Assembly: GCF_963921235.1 (NCBI RefSeq)
Contig: NC_086108.1
Coordinates: 88,476,001 to 88,540,000, forward strand
DNA: 64,000 nucleotides
Reading direction: 5' to 3'
From: Mobula hypostoma
Lineage: Eukaryota
Positions 35,962 to 48,645 of the stretch are shown piece by piece (within the stretch, counting starts at the first letter, position 1; each line of letters opens with the position of its first letter). Made by a program: the position numbers and the translations under genes. The notes under the pieces are model-generated. The model saw nothing but the letters and a program-made list of their open reading frames with translations. It searched no databases and was not told the DNA's origin.

Positions 35962-38640
35962 CCGTATAACAATTACAGCACAGAAACAGGCCATCTCAGA
36001 CCTTCTAGTCCATGCCAAGTTCTTACTCTCACCTAGTCCCACCGAACTGCACTCAGCCCATAACCCTCCATTCCTTTCCTGTCCATATAGCTGTCCAATT
36101 TAACTTTAAATGACAACATCGAACCTGCCTCAACCACTTCTGCTGGAAGCTCGTTCCACACAGCTGCCACTCTCTGAGTAAAGAAGTTCCCCCTCATGTT
36201 ACCCCTAAACTTTTGCCCTTTAACTCTCAACTCATGTCCTCTTGTTTGAATCTCCCCCACTCTCAATGGAAAAAGCCTATCCACGTCAACTCTATCCCCC
36301 TCATAATTTTAAATACCACTATTAAGTCCCCCCTCACCTTCTACGCCCCAAAGAATAAAGATCCAACTTGTTCAACCTTTCTCTGTAACTTAGGTGATGA
36401 AACCCAGGTAACATTCTAGTCAATCTTCTCTGTACTCTCTCTATTTTGTTGACATCTTTCCTATAATTCAGTGACCAAAACTGTACACAATACTCCAAAT
36501 TTGGCCTCACCAATGCCTTGTACAATTTCAACATTACATCCCAACTCCTATACTCAATGTTCTGATTTATAATGGCCAGCATACCAAAAGCTTTCTTCAC
36601 CACCCTATCCACATGAGATTCCACTTTCAGGGAACTATACACCATTATTCCTAGATCCCTCTGTTCCACCGTATTCTTCAATGCCCTACCATTTACCATG
36701 TATGTCCCATTTTGATTAGTCCTACCAAAATGTAGCACCTCACATTTATCAGTATTAATCTCCATCTGCCATCTTTCAGCCCACTCTTCTAACCAGCCTA
36801 AATTTCTCTGCAAGCTTTGAAAACCTACTTCCACAAGTCCACCCTTCTTAGTATCATCTGCATACTTACTCATCCAATTTACCAACCCATCATCCAGATC
36901 ATTAATGTATATGACAAATAACATTGGACCCAGTACAGATTCTGAGGCACACTACTAGTCACCGGCCTCCAATCTGACAAACAGTTATCCACCACCACTC
37001 TCTGGCGTCTTCCATCCAGCCACTGCTGAATCCATTTTACTACTTCAATATTAATACCTAACGATTGAACCTCGCTAACCAACCTTCCATGTGGGACCTT
37101 GTCAAAGGCCTTACTGAAGTCCATATAGACAACATCCACTGCTTTACCCTCCTCAACTTTCCTAGTAAGCTCTTCAAAAAATTCAGTAAGATTTGTCAAA
37201 CACAACCTTCCACGCACAAATCCATGTTGACTGTTCCTAATCAGACCCTGTCTGTCCAGATAATTATATATCCCATCCCTAAGAATACTTTCCATCAACT
37301 TACCCACCACTGACATCAAACACACAAGCCGATAATTGCGAGGTTTACTCTTAGGACCCTTTTTATACAATGGAACAACACGAGCAATACACCAATCCTC
37401 CGGCATCATCCCCGTTTCTAATGACATTTGAAATATTTCTGTCAGAGCCCCTGCTATTTCCACACCAACTTCCCTCAAGATTCTAGGGAATATCCTATCA
37501 GGACCCGGAGACTTATCCACTTTTGTATTCGTTAAAAGCTCCAGTACTTCTTCAATCGTCATAGTTTCCATAACTTCCCTCCCCGTTTCCCTTATCCTAC
37601 CCAATTCAATATCCTTCTCCTTCGTGAATACCGAAGAAAAGAAATTGTTCAGAATTTCCCCCATCTCCTTTGGCTCCACACATAGCTGTCCACTCTGATT
37701 CTTTAAGGGACCAATTTTATCCCTCACTATCCTTTTGCTATTAATATAATGGTAGAAACCCTTGGGATTTATTTTCACCTTTCTTGCCAAAGCAACCTCA
37801 TATCTTCTTTTAGCTTTTCTAATTTCTTTCTTAAGATTCGTTTTACATTCTTTATATTTCTCGAGCACCTCATATACTTCATGATGCCTATATTTATTGT
37901 AGATATCTCTCTTTTTCCGAACCAAGTTTCCAATATCTCTTGAAAACCATGGCCCTCTCAAACTTTCAACCTTTCCTTTCAACCTAACAGGAACATGAAG
38001 ATTCTGTACTCTTAAAATTTCACCTTTAAATGACCTCCATTTCTCTATTACATCCTTCCCATAAAACAAATTGTCCCAATCCACTCCTCCTAAATCCTTT
38101 TGCATCTCCTCAAAGTTAGCCTTTCTCCAATCAAAAATCTCAACCCTGAGTCCAGACCCATCCTTTTCCATAATTATATTGAAACTAATAGCATTGAGAT
38201 CACTGGACCCGAAGTGCTCCCCAACACAAACCTCCATCACCTGCCCTATCTCATTCCCTAACAGGAGATCCAACACTGCCCCTTCTCTAGTTGGTACCTC
38301 TATGTATTGCTGAAAGAAAAACAACTATCTTGCACACATTTTACAAACTCCAAGCCATCCAGCCCTTTTACAGTATGGGCTTCCCAGTCTATGTGTGGAA
38401 AAGTAAAATCTCCCACAATCACAACCTTGTGCTTACTACAAATATCTGTTATCTCCTTGCAAATTTGCTCCTCCAATTCTCGCTCCCCATTTGATGGTCT
38501 TAATACACCCCTATAAGTGTTACTACACCTTTCCCATTCCTCAATTCCACCCAAATAGCCTCCCCAAACCAGCCCTCTAATCTATCCCGCCAGAGCACCA
38601 CTGTAATATTTTCTCTGACAAGCAATGCAACACCTCCCCA
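35962..38640 (-). mobile_element. Long CR1 ORF2 (EN-RT) with few frameshifts, plus 3' UTR
   Basis: 481-aa ORF 36879-38324 (KSPGPD, QHGF, YMDFSKAFDKVPH), 196-aa ORF with KYADDTK, EN motif IVGDF. Confidence 0.93.
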
Positions 38641-39204
38641 TTCAAATCTATCATGCAAATCATTTACAATGCGATAAGAAATTTTCCCAGCCCCTACAGA
38701 ATGCCACTAGTCATTGGCAGCCAACCAGAAAAGGCCCCCCTTTATTCCTACTCTTTGTCTCCTGCCAGTAAGCCAATGCTGTATCCATGCTAGAATCTTT
38801 TTCATAAACACATTTGGACTCTTATCTTGTTTAAGCAGCCTCATGAGTGACACCTTGTCAAAGGCTTTCTGAAAATCCAAGTAAACAACATATACTGACG
38901 CTCCTTCATCTATCATGTTGTAGAAAAGTACAGCACAGAAACAGGCCCTTCAGCCCATCCAATCTGTGCTGAATCATTATTTAACCTAATCCATTGACCT
39001 GCATTCAGACAATAGCCCTCCATACCCTCCCATTCATGTACCTATTCAAACTTCTTAAATGTTAAAAATTGAACCCACATCCAACAATTGCATTGCAGTT
39101 CATTCCACATTCTCACCACCCTCTGAGTGAAGTTCCCCTCAAAACATTTCACCCTTTGCTCTTGACCAATGACCTAGTCACAGTCTCACCCAAATTCAGC
39201 GGAA

Positions 39205-39403
39205 GAACAGCAGGCCAGGCGGCATCTATAGGAAGAGGTATAGTCGACGTTTCGGGCTGAGACCCTTCGTCAGTCCTGACGAAGGGTCTCTGCCCGAAAC
39301 ATCAACTGTACCTCTTCCTATAGATGCTGCCTGGCCAGCTGCGTTCCACCAGCATCTTGTGTGTGTTGCTTGAATTTCCAGTATCTGCAGATTTCCTCGT
39401 GTT
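39205..39403. mobile_element. Palindromic Penelope-like insertion with two back-to-back hammerhead motifs, inside CR1 debris
   Basis: Inverted arms about 39208-39273 / 39276-39341; minus core 39246-39273 (CTGACGA..GAAAC-GTC); plus core 39276-39303 (CTGACGA..GAAAC-ATC). Confidence 0.8.
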
Positions 39404-39704
39404 CAGCAGAAAAAGCCCGCTTTCATTTACCCTATCTAGACCCCTTAATTTCCTGAAAGAATTCCAACAGATTTGTCAGGCAAGATTTCCCCTTCAGAAA
39501 ATCATGCTGACTTTGGCCTATTTTATCAGGTGCCCCAAATACCCCAAAACCACATCCTTACTAATGGATTCCAACATCCTCTCAACCACTGAAGTTAGAC
39601 TAACTGACTCAATTTCTTTTCTTCTGCCTCCTTCCAGTCTTAAACAGTGGAGTGGCGTTGAAATGTTCCAGTTCTCTAGAACTATTCTAGAATCTAGTGA
39701 CCTC

Positions 39705-39988
39705 CTGGGACTTTCATGTCTCTGGAGCTTACAGAGAATGGTTTGAAAAACAACAAATATCCAGTGACTGGCAATTCTGTGGGAGAAAATTCTTTGTTAA
39801 AGAGAGAGGTCAAGGAGAATTGCCCGACTATTTTAAGTAGACAGGAAGACAGTAACAACTCAAACACCCACGCGTTACAACAGTGGTGTGCATAAGAGCA
39901 TTCTGAATACACAGCCTGTCAAATCTTGAAGTGGATTGGCTACAGCAGGAGATCATGAACATAAACTCGGTGCCCATTTTATTAGGTA
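39705..39988 (+). mobile_element. Tc1/mariner fragment; its terminal piece is displaced to 45201-45228
   Basis: acagagaatgg...aaaaa..tccagtg, gagagaggtca, gttacaacagtggtgtgca; TIR-like tacctaataaagtggccactgagtg at 45203-45227. Confidence 0.6.
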
Positions 39989-41745
39989 AATCAGGATATT
40001 CTTTAATGACCACAGCTCAGCATTTAATACCATCATGCCCTCAAAACTAAAATACGAGCTTCAAGACCTTGGCTGCAATAATCCCTTGAGAAACTGGATC
40101 CTCATTTTCCTCACTTGCAGACACCAGTCAGTTCGGATTGGCAATAACATCTCCTCCACAATCTCCATTAGCACTCATGCATCACAAGGCGATGTGCTTA
40201 AGCACCCCGTTCTACACTGACTTATTGACAACACCACTGTTGCAGGTCAATTCAAAAGGTGATGACAAATAAACATACAAGACATAGGAGCAGAATTGGG
40301 CTATTTGATCGATAGAGTCTGCTCCATCACTTCATCATAGCTGATCCAGATCTTCCTCTCTGCCCCAATTTCCTGCCTCTGCCCTGCATCTCTTCATGCC
40401 CTGACCAACCAAGAATCTATCAACCTCTGCCTTAAATACACAGCTGCCTGTGGCAAAGAATTTCAGATTTACCACTCTCTGGCTGAGGAAATTCCTCATC
40501 GCCATTATAAAAGGACACCTCTTGATTCTGAAGTCTTGTCCTCATGTTAGACTCTCTCACCATAGGAAACATCCTCTCCACATGCACTATCAAGGCCTTT
40601 CACCATTTGATAGATTTCAATGATGTCACCCCTCATTCTACTAAATTCTAGTTAATATAGGCCCAAAGCCATCAAACGTTCTTCATATGACAAGCCATTC
40701 AATCCTGGAATCATTTTTGTGAACCTCTTTTGAACCCCCTCCAGTTTCAGCATATCCTTTCCAAGGGACTCCAAACTGTTCACAATACTACGAGCAAGGC
40801 CTCACCAATGCTTTATAAAGTCTCAACACTACATTCTTGCTTTTAATGTTCAAATCCTCTTGAAATGAATGCTAACATTGCATTTGTCTTCCTCACCAGA
40901 CTCAAATTAAACTGAAGAATCCTGCACAAGGACTCCCAAGTCCCTTGGCGCCTCAGTTTTTTTTTGTATTTTCTATTTAGAAAGTAGTCAATCCTTTCAT
41001 TTCTTCTACCAAAGTGCATAATCATACACTTCCTGACACTGTATTCCATCTGCTACATTCTTTGCCCATTCTCCTAATCTGATTAAGTCCTTCTGTAGCT
41101 CCTCTGCTTCCTCATACAACATAAAAAGAATCGGTCCCAACACAGATCCATGTGAAACACTACTAGTCACCAGCAACCAACCAGAAAAGGCTCCCTTTAT
41201 TCCCACTCTGCCTCTTGCCAATCAGCCACTGCATTATCCACGCTAGTTTCTTTCCTGTAATACCACAGGCTCATAGCTTAAGCAACCTTGTGTGTAGCAC
41301 CTTGTCAAAGACCTTCTGAAAATCCAAGTACACAAAGATTCTCCTCTGTGTAACCTGCTTGTTATTTCTTCAAAGAATTCCAACAGATTTGCCAGGCAAG
41401 ATTTTCCCCTGATGAAACCACGCTGACTACAGCCTATTTTATCATATACCTCCAAGTACCCCATAACATCATCCTTAATAATTGACTCCAACATCTTCAC
41501 TGAGGTCACACTAACTGGCCTATTATTTCCTTTCTTCTGACCCTCTCCCTTCTGGAGGAAAGCAGTGATATGTGCAAGATTCTAGTCTTCCAGAACCTAG
41601 TGATTCTTGAAAGATCATTACTGATGCCTCCACAATTTCTTCAGCCACGTCTTTCAGATCCCCAAGGTGTACACCACCTGGTCCAGGTGACTTAACTACT
41701 TCAGACCTTTCAGTTCTCCAAAAACCTTCTCTCCAGTTATGGTAA

Positions 41746-44156
41746 TGTGACGAGAATACACATAAATTAAGATGTTTGCTGGCCTGGGCTAGCACCAGTG
41801 GCATCAGCAGTTGGTCTGCCACCTGTCCTCAGGGGAGGGAGAGATAAGGAACACAATGAAACAGCATTTGGAGATGTTAATGAAGGAGCCATCAGTCTGG
41901 GTAATGTCAAGATCGGCTCCCCCTTTGAACCCTGAACTGTTTGAAGTGATGGACAGGCGATACCCCAGCAGGGGGATAAAAAGAGACAGGTTCGCTAGGG
42001 CAACACACACGACACCCCGAGGTAACGAGACCCTGGAAGCGGTGCGCCTCTCACAAGTCGGTGGGAAGCTCTTGGACGGCTGATCGCGGGATCAGCCTTA
42101 AACGCACAGGGTGGAAAGGTACGATCAGCGGGAACCTGGTGTGTGTCCGCCCTTGCCTGGGGTGCCAGGTTCACTGCAGAGGATCGACCGCATCTGGAGG
42201 AGGGGTCACAGTCGGTGACCTCAGGTGACATCACAAAGGACCCGCCCGAAAGCTGCTTGTGAGCAATATCGCAGGTCTGTGTGTGGAAGCCATTTTGAAT
42301 GATCATTCATTCTCGTTCTCTCTCTCCCTCCCCCCACATTGTCCATCGCCATGGCAACGATTAATGCGAACTGAACTGAACTTTGCGTCACTTTGAAACT
42401 GGTCATTTACCCCTAGACAACGATAGAGCTTGGTTGATTCTGTTATCTTAATTCTGTGCACATGTGTGTTTATCATTGCTGAACTGTTGCATTCTTTATC
42501 CTTTCGATTACTGTGTTGCTTGTTTCTTTAATAAAACTTTCTTAGTTCTAGTAATCCAGACTCCAACTGAGTGATCCATTTCTGCTGGTTTGGCAACCTA
42601 GTTACGGGGTACGTAACATAAGTGGGGTTCTCGTCCGCGATTTTGAACGCTAAATTTGGGACGGAGTAAATTGATTGGGTCAAAATTCTTGAAAGAAAGA
42701 AAAGACAAACAGCAGAAATGGAGGCTGAGGAATTTATAAAGGCGCCGACCTTGGAGGCATTAGAGGATGCCAGGAAATCGGAATTGGTAGCTGTGGCCAA
42801 ACGGTTGAATCTTGCTAAGGGGAAGTCGACAATGAGGAGAGAGGAGATACACAGAGCTATCGTAGAGCCCTATGTACCTAAAGGCGTGTTTCCCCAAGGC
42901 GAGCTGGAGGTGGTGTCTATTGAAAAACCTGCTGGAGACGCGGTACAGGTGCAGCTCGAAAAACTGAGACTCGAGCACGAGTTCCGGGTACGGCAGTTGG
43001 AGCGAGAAGAGAAAGAGAGGGACAGACAGTTACAGCGAGAAGAGCAGGAGAGAGAGTTAGAAAGGCAAGAGAGAGAGAGACAGTTGGAGAGAGAAGAGAA
43101 AGAGAGGCAATGGGAGCGAGAAGAGAGAGAGAAACAGAGGGAAAGGGAATTTGAGCTGGAGAAGTTAAAGATAAGGGCCGAGCAGGGGCTCGTGCTGAAC
43201 CAAGGTGGAGGGTTCCGGGCGACCCAGGAGGTTAGGTTGGTTCCCCCATTTGACGATACCGACGTGGATCGGTACTTCCTCCATTTCGAAAAAGTGGCTA
43301 TAAGTCAGGACTGGCCGAGGGATAAGTGGGCTGTTTTACTTCAGTATGTACTGAAAGGGAAAGCCCAAGAAGCTTACTCAGCTTTGTCCGCGGAAGATGC
43401 CCAGAGGTATGAGGTGGTGAGAGAGGCCATCCTCAGGATTTATGAGTTGGTCCCGGAGGCATACCGGCAGAGGTTCCGGAATTGCGAGGAAGCAGTGGGA
43501 CCGCACGTATTTAGAGTTTGCCCGTGAGATGCAGACATATTGTGAGTGTTGGTGCGCCTCGAAGGGGGTAGAGGGGGATTATGACAGACTGCTACGGCTG
43601 ATCCTGATTGAGCAGTTTAAAGGTTGTGTCCCTGAGGGTATGAGACCCTATCTAGATGAGAAAGAGGCAGCCACGTTAGCCGCAACTGCTAAGTTAGCGG
43701 ATGAGTATGCGTTGACGCATAAAATGAAGTTTGCCCGAAGTAAAGGCTACCAGAAGGGTAGTCAGGACGGTGGGGAGAGTCCGCCGGAAAAGTCAGAAAG
43801 TAAGCCGGGGACTAGTGAGAAGGATAAGGTAGACCGGGAGCAGTCTGGCAGGAAGTCTCCTGGGGTCGTCTGTTATAATTGCGACGGCAACGATTACTGC
43901 GAACTGAACTGAACTGAACTTGGTGTCACTTTGAAACTGGTCATTTACCCCTAGACAACGATAGAGCTTGGTTGATCCTGTTATCTTAATTCTGTGCACA
44001 TGTGTGTTTATCATTGCTGAACTGTTGCATTCATTATCCTTTCGATTACTGTGTTGCTTGTTTCTTTAATAAAACTTTCTTAGTTCTAGTAATCCAGACT
44101 CCAACTGAGTGATCCATTTCTGCTGGTTTGGCAACCCAGTTACGGGGTATGTAACA
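41746..44156 (+). mobile_element. Gypsy LTR retrotransposon, internally deleted (5' LTR 41746-42618, tRNA-Pro-like PBS 42623-42640, gag, partial 3' LTR from about 43883)
   Basis: TG...CA termini; perfect GTAA TSD; PBS TGGGGTTCTCGTCCGCGA; pol absent. Confidence 0.92.
42718..43882 (+). pseudogene. Frameshifted Gypsy gag (coiled coil, capsid/SCAN-like region, truncated zinc knuckle)
   Basis: LVPPFDDTDVDRYFLHFEKVA..WP, YELVPEAYRQRFR, LILIEQFK, KLADEY, VVCYNC; frameshift near 43480. Confidence 0.85.
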
Positions 44157-45737
44157 GTAACTTCACACACTTCATGACCCCTGACACCTAGAACTCCCTC
44201 CATACTGCTACTGTCTTCCAGTGAAGACTGATACAAAATACTTATTCATTTCGTCCGCCATTTCCTTGGTCCCCATTACCACCTCCCCAGCATAGTTTTC
44301 CCAATGGTCTGGCAGAGGGAGATTGGAAATGTGACTGTGTGATACCATTACAATAACCTCTTACTCAAGACAAAGGAGCTGATTATTGACTTCAGGAGGA
44401 AACCAGAGATTCATGAGCCAGTCCTCAAAAGGATCAGAGGTGGAGAGGGTCAGCAAATTTAAAATCCTCAGTGTTATTGAATTGGACCTGTCCTGGACCC
44501 AGCACACAAGTGCAATTATGAAGAAAGCACAACAGTGCTTCTACTTCCTTTGGAGTTTGCGAAGATTTGGCATGACATCTAAAGCTTCCACAAACCTCTA
44601 CAGATTATGCATTGGAGAATACATTTACTGGCTGCATCACAGCCTGGTATAGAAACACTAATGCCCTTGAACAGAAAATCCAATAAAAAGTAGTAGATGT
44701 GGCCCAGACAATAATGGGCAAAACCCCCGCCATCATTGAACACATCTACAAGAAACGTCCGATTAGGAAAGCAGCATCTATCATCAGATCCCCACCACAC
44801 AGGCCATGCCTTCTTCTCAATGCTGCCATCAGGAATGTAGTAAAGGAGCCTCAGGACTCACATCACCAAGTTCAGGAATAGTTATTTCCTCTCAACAATC
44901 ACGCTCTTGAACAAAAGGAAATAACTTCATTTGCCCCATCATCGGAATGTTCCCACAACCTATGGACTCACTTTCAAGGACTCATCTCATGTTCTCAATA
45001 TTTATTGCTTTTTATTATTTCTTTTTTATATTTGCATGATTTGTTGTCTTTTGCACACTGATTGAGCACCCAAGCTGGTGTGGTCTTTCAATGATTCTGT
45101 TATGGTTATTATTCTATTATGGATTTATTGAGTGTGCCCACAAGAAAATGAATCTCAAGGTGGTATACGGTGCTATGCATGTACTTTGAACTTTACTTTC
45201 TGTACCTAATAAAGTGGCCACTGAGTGCATTTCTGTTCCACAGTTTATATTGCACTACAGGGCACACTTGCTACAAATCTCACAAGATCCAGAGGTTCAC
45301 TGCCAAAAGAACTGTAATATAAATACAAGTTAAGCACATGTCAGAAGTCATCTGAGCAGTGGCTGCAAAGTTTTGTACAGATGCTGAGATTTTCCCCATG
45401 ACATTATTCAGGCTTTTAAAATTTGAAGCTCAAAACTCACATGTCCCTCTTCATTGGTTTCTCCATCCAGTAGGATGGCCCACAGACTGCCATCCTGGTT
45501 ACACAGTTAAAAATAATACCATGATAAGTCAACGGTGAACAGCCATCTTCTGTCTACAGCATGTGGGATTCTTCAGTACAAACCATGTGCCAAATTAAGC
45601 AATTTATATTGTAGCACAATTGTCTTAGAGAGCCCCACCAACTGATGAAAAACAGATAAATGATTTTATGTTGTTGGCCAAGGTCAGCATTTATTGGACT
45701 TCTTCAATTGGGCCCCAAGTCCACTAGATTATTGGGT

Positions 45738-45985
45738 CACACACACAAAATACTGGAGAAATCCAGCAAGTCAGGTCGCATCTACAAACGATGTTTGTAT
45801 GAGTGGACTAAACAGTTGACATTTCGGGCCATAACCCTTCCTCAGAATGTAAATATCAGACTTGATGAAGGGTCTTCACCTGAAACATCAACTGTTTAGT
45901 CCCCTCCATAAACACTACCCGATTTCCTCCAACACTTCATGCACATTGCTCAAGATTTCCAACATCTGTAAAATCTGTTCTGTTT
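45738..45985. mobile_element. Old palindromic Penelope-like insertion with decayed hammerhead motifs
   Basis: ttgacatttcgggccataacccttcctcag facing ttgatgaagggtcttcacctgaaacatcaactg. Confidence 0.6.
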
Positions 45986-46314
45986 GAATTATTGAGTCAG
46001 GTCATATGTCGTCCAGACCAGGCAAAGATAGCTGATTTCCTTCTTTGAAGTATTAGATGGGATATTACATCAATCCAGAAGTAGCATGACTATGTCATTG
46101 AGAAGACTTCAACTCAAAATTCCAGAAATTTAGAATATCAAGTACTTGGATTTCAATTCTCCAAATCCACACTAGAGTTCACTACTTCAAATGTTGCAGA
46201 ACTTTACCTGCTAGTCCAGTCAATAACATACACGACTACTCCACATACACTGGGTAAACAATGATTAGTTAAATGCTAATATTCAGTGGTGAAATTACCT
46301 GTCACAACTCTTAC

Positions 46315-46428
46315 CGTGAGTCTTGATAAGGACAGGTGTGTCATTGTTCCCAGAGGCTGACTGTGCAACTGCTACATTTACTTTCTCCATTGATATGAAT
46401 GGAGAATCTTGATGCTTGTTTATTCTTC
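46315..46428 (-). CDS. FRRS1: FRRS1-like exon (DOMON His, first b561 His)
   Basis: (G)RINKHQDSPFISMEKVNVAVAQSASGNNDTPVLIKTH(G); ttttcag| ... G|gtaaga. Confidence 0.92.
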
Positions 46429-46604
46429 CTGAAAAATGAAAATTGTTAGAAAGTTACACTAAAACAATAATTTCCATGATAATGAAGCCGATTCTAATGC
46501 ACATTTTGGGATGTCATTTTGGCAAAAGATGTTGTTGCTCATTACTACTACAACATTATCTCTCTGCCATCTCATCTACTCTAATTCCTCCATCCCACAA
46601 TCTT

Positions 46605-47533
46605 GTAGAGCTGATTGTGGACTTCAGGAAGGGCAAGACGAGGGAACACAAACCAATCCTCAGAGGGATCAGAAGTGGAGAGTGTGAGCAATTTCAAGTT
46701 CCTAGGTGTCAATATCTGAGGACATAACATGGACACAACATATTGATGCAGCTATAATGCAAGTCAAGACAGCAGTTATATTTCATTTGGAGTTTGAGGA
46801 GATTTGGTTTGTCAACTAAAACACTCAAATTTCTACAAATGTACCGAGCAGAGCATTTGGACTGGCTGCATCACTATCTAGTATGGGGGAGTGGGGGGGG
46901 GGGGGCAGGGGGAGGGATGCTACTGCACAAGATCAAAGTTGTTGCAGAAACTTGTAAAATCAGTCAGCTCCATCATCATTTCTAACATCTGTAGTATCAA
47001 CAACAACTTGAAGGAGCAATGCCTTAAGGCAGTGGTGTCCATCATTAAGGATCCCCACCACCCAGGACTCTGTTGCACACACACACAACTCAGTTTTGTC
47101 CCTCCTCTATATTTATCATGTATTTCATTGTACTGCTGCCATAAAGTTAACACATTTCATGACACAAACATGAGGAAATCTGCAGATGCTGGAATTAAGC
47201 AACGCACATAAAATTTGCTGGTGAACGCAGCAGGTCAGGCAGCATCTCTAGGAAGAGGTACAGTCGACGTTTCGGGCCGAGACCCTTTGTCAGGACTAAC
47301 TGAAAGAAAAGCTAGTAAGAGATTTGAAAGTGGGAGGGGGAGGGGGAGATCCAAAATGATAGGAGAAGACAGGAGGGGGAAGGGATGGAGCCAAGAGCTG
47401 GACAGGTGATTGGCAAAAGGGATATGAGAGGATCATGGGACAGAAGACCTAGGGAGAAGGGGGACGGGGGGAAGCCCAGAGGATGGGCAAGGGTTATAGT
47501 GAGTGGGACAGAGGGAGAAAAAGAAGGTGCAAA

Positions 47534-47565
<32 letters not shown>

Positions 47566-47715
47566 GGATGGGGTACGAGGGGTTGGTGGGACATTAGCGG
47601 AAGTTTGAGAAGTCAATGTTCATGCCATCGGGTTGGAGGCTACCCAGACGGAATACAAGATGTTGTTCCCCCAACTCCAATTTCATGACATATGCCAGTG
47701 ATATTAAACGTGATG
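46605..47715 (+). mobile_element. Rex1-type 3' fragment with a nested Penelope-like piece
   Basis: ELIVDFRK and IIKDPHHPG motifs; tail atttcatgaca appears on both sides of the insert. Confidence 0.65.
47163..47678 (-). mobile_element. Penelope-like element 3' end
   Basis: Minus strand encodes EQHLVFRLGSLQPDGMNIDFSNFR*, then (TTTA)n and TAGTC-CTGACAA-AGGG..CCC-GAAAC-GTC-GACTG (47261-47298). Confidence 0.88.
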
Positions 47716-47719
47716 TTAA

Positions 47720-47978
47720 GATCTGGGCTCATTTCCCACTGCTGACTGCAAGGAGTTTGTACATTCTCCCCATGGCTGCATGGGTTTCCTCGGGGTGCTC
47801 CAGTTTCCTCCCACATGTCAAAGGCACACAGGTTAGGGTTAGTAAGTTATGGGCATACTATGTTTGTACTGGAAGTTTGGTGATATTAGTGTGCTGCCCA
47901 GCAAAGTCCTCACTGATTTGATGCAAACACATTTCACTGTGCACTTTGATGTATATATGTAATAAAGAAAGCTAATCT
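47720..47978 (+). mobile_element. V-SINE-like element
   Basis: V-domain tgggtttcctcggggtgctccagtttcctcccaca; tail aaagctaatct. Confidence 0.7.
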
Positions 47979-48068
47979 GTACATCTTTATTTCTCATGTT
48001 TCATACAGATTAGAATATGTTTGGGCTGTACCTCAAGAAGTTATTGCAGATGTCACTGCGGCACTTAC

Positions 48069-48210
48069 CACCACTTGAAGTTCCATAAGCAAAAAATAAG
48101 TAGTACGTATTATTGGCAGCTCTTTGGGCTGTTGAAATGACGTTTCTTGTTACAAATGAGCATTGAATTATTCCATTTTTATTTGCCACACTTATACCAT
48201 CTACTTCACC
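48069..48210 (-). CDS. FRRS1: FRRS1-like exon (DOMON)
   Basis: GEVDGISVANKNGIIQCSFVTRNVISTAQRAANNTYYLFFAYGTSSG; ttttacag| ... G|gtaagt. Confidence 0.92.
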
Positions 48211-48384
48211 CTGTAAAATAAATCATTATGTTTACACAATACAGAATTAATAATGTATATGTTTCAAGTGCTCCACCCTTGGCCATGGTTGGGTTAATGG
48301 CATTGGTAGCTGACATAATCAAGGATCCCTCCCACTTTGCTCATTCTTTTTCTCCTATTCTGTTGGACAAAAGATGGAACAGCT

Positions 48385-48645
48385 TCAAAGATTAGCTTTG
48401 TCACATATACATTGAAATGTACAGTGAAATTTGACATTTGCTTTACTGGTGCCAACATAGCGTGCCCACAGCCCACTAACTGTAACCACTTGTCTTTGGA
48501 ATGTGGGAGGAATCTTGAGCACCCAGAGGAAACCCACAAGGTCATGGGAAGAACACAGGAACTTCTTAAAGAGAGCAGCAGGAATTGAACCCCATTAGTG
48601 ATCTCTGGCACTGTAAAGCAACTATGCCAACCACTGTGCCACTCC
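48385..48645 (-). mobile_element. V-SINE-like tRNA-derived element
   Basis: Minus strand: A-box-like tggcacagtggtt, B-box-like ggttcaattcc, V-domain, tail aaagctaatct. Confidence 0.72.

Larger units (their letters stand above)
40283..44310 (-). mobile_element. Degenerate CR1 hosting a Gypsy insertion
   Basis: ORFs 40843-41049, 41006-41221, 41243-41509; CR1 sequence continues after 44160. Confidence 0.8.
39990..45195 (+). mobile_element. Rex1/Babar LINE (RT 39990-40280; resumes 44311-45195), split by CR1
   Basis: NWILIFLTCRHQSVRIG and QG motifs on the left; KTKELIIDFRR, KKAQQ.FYFL..LRRF and 3' UTR on the right. Confidence 0.75.

Noticed and set aside
42990..43165. E/R/Q-rich repeat as a host coiled-coil gene
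   Set aside because: It lies inside Gypsy gag between LTRs
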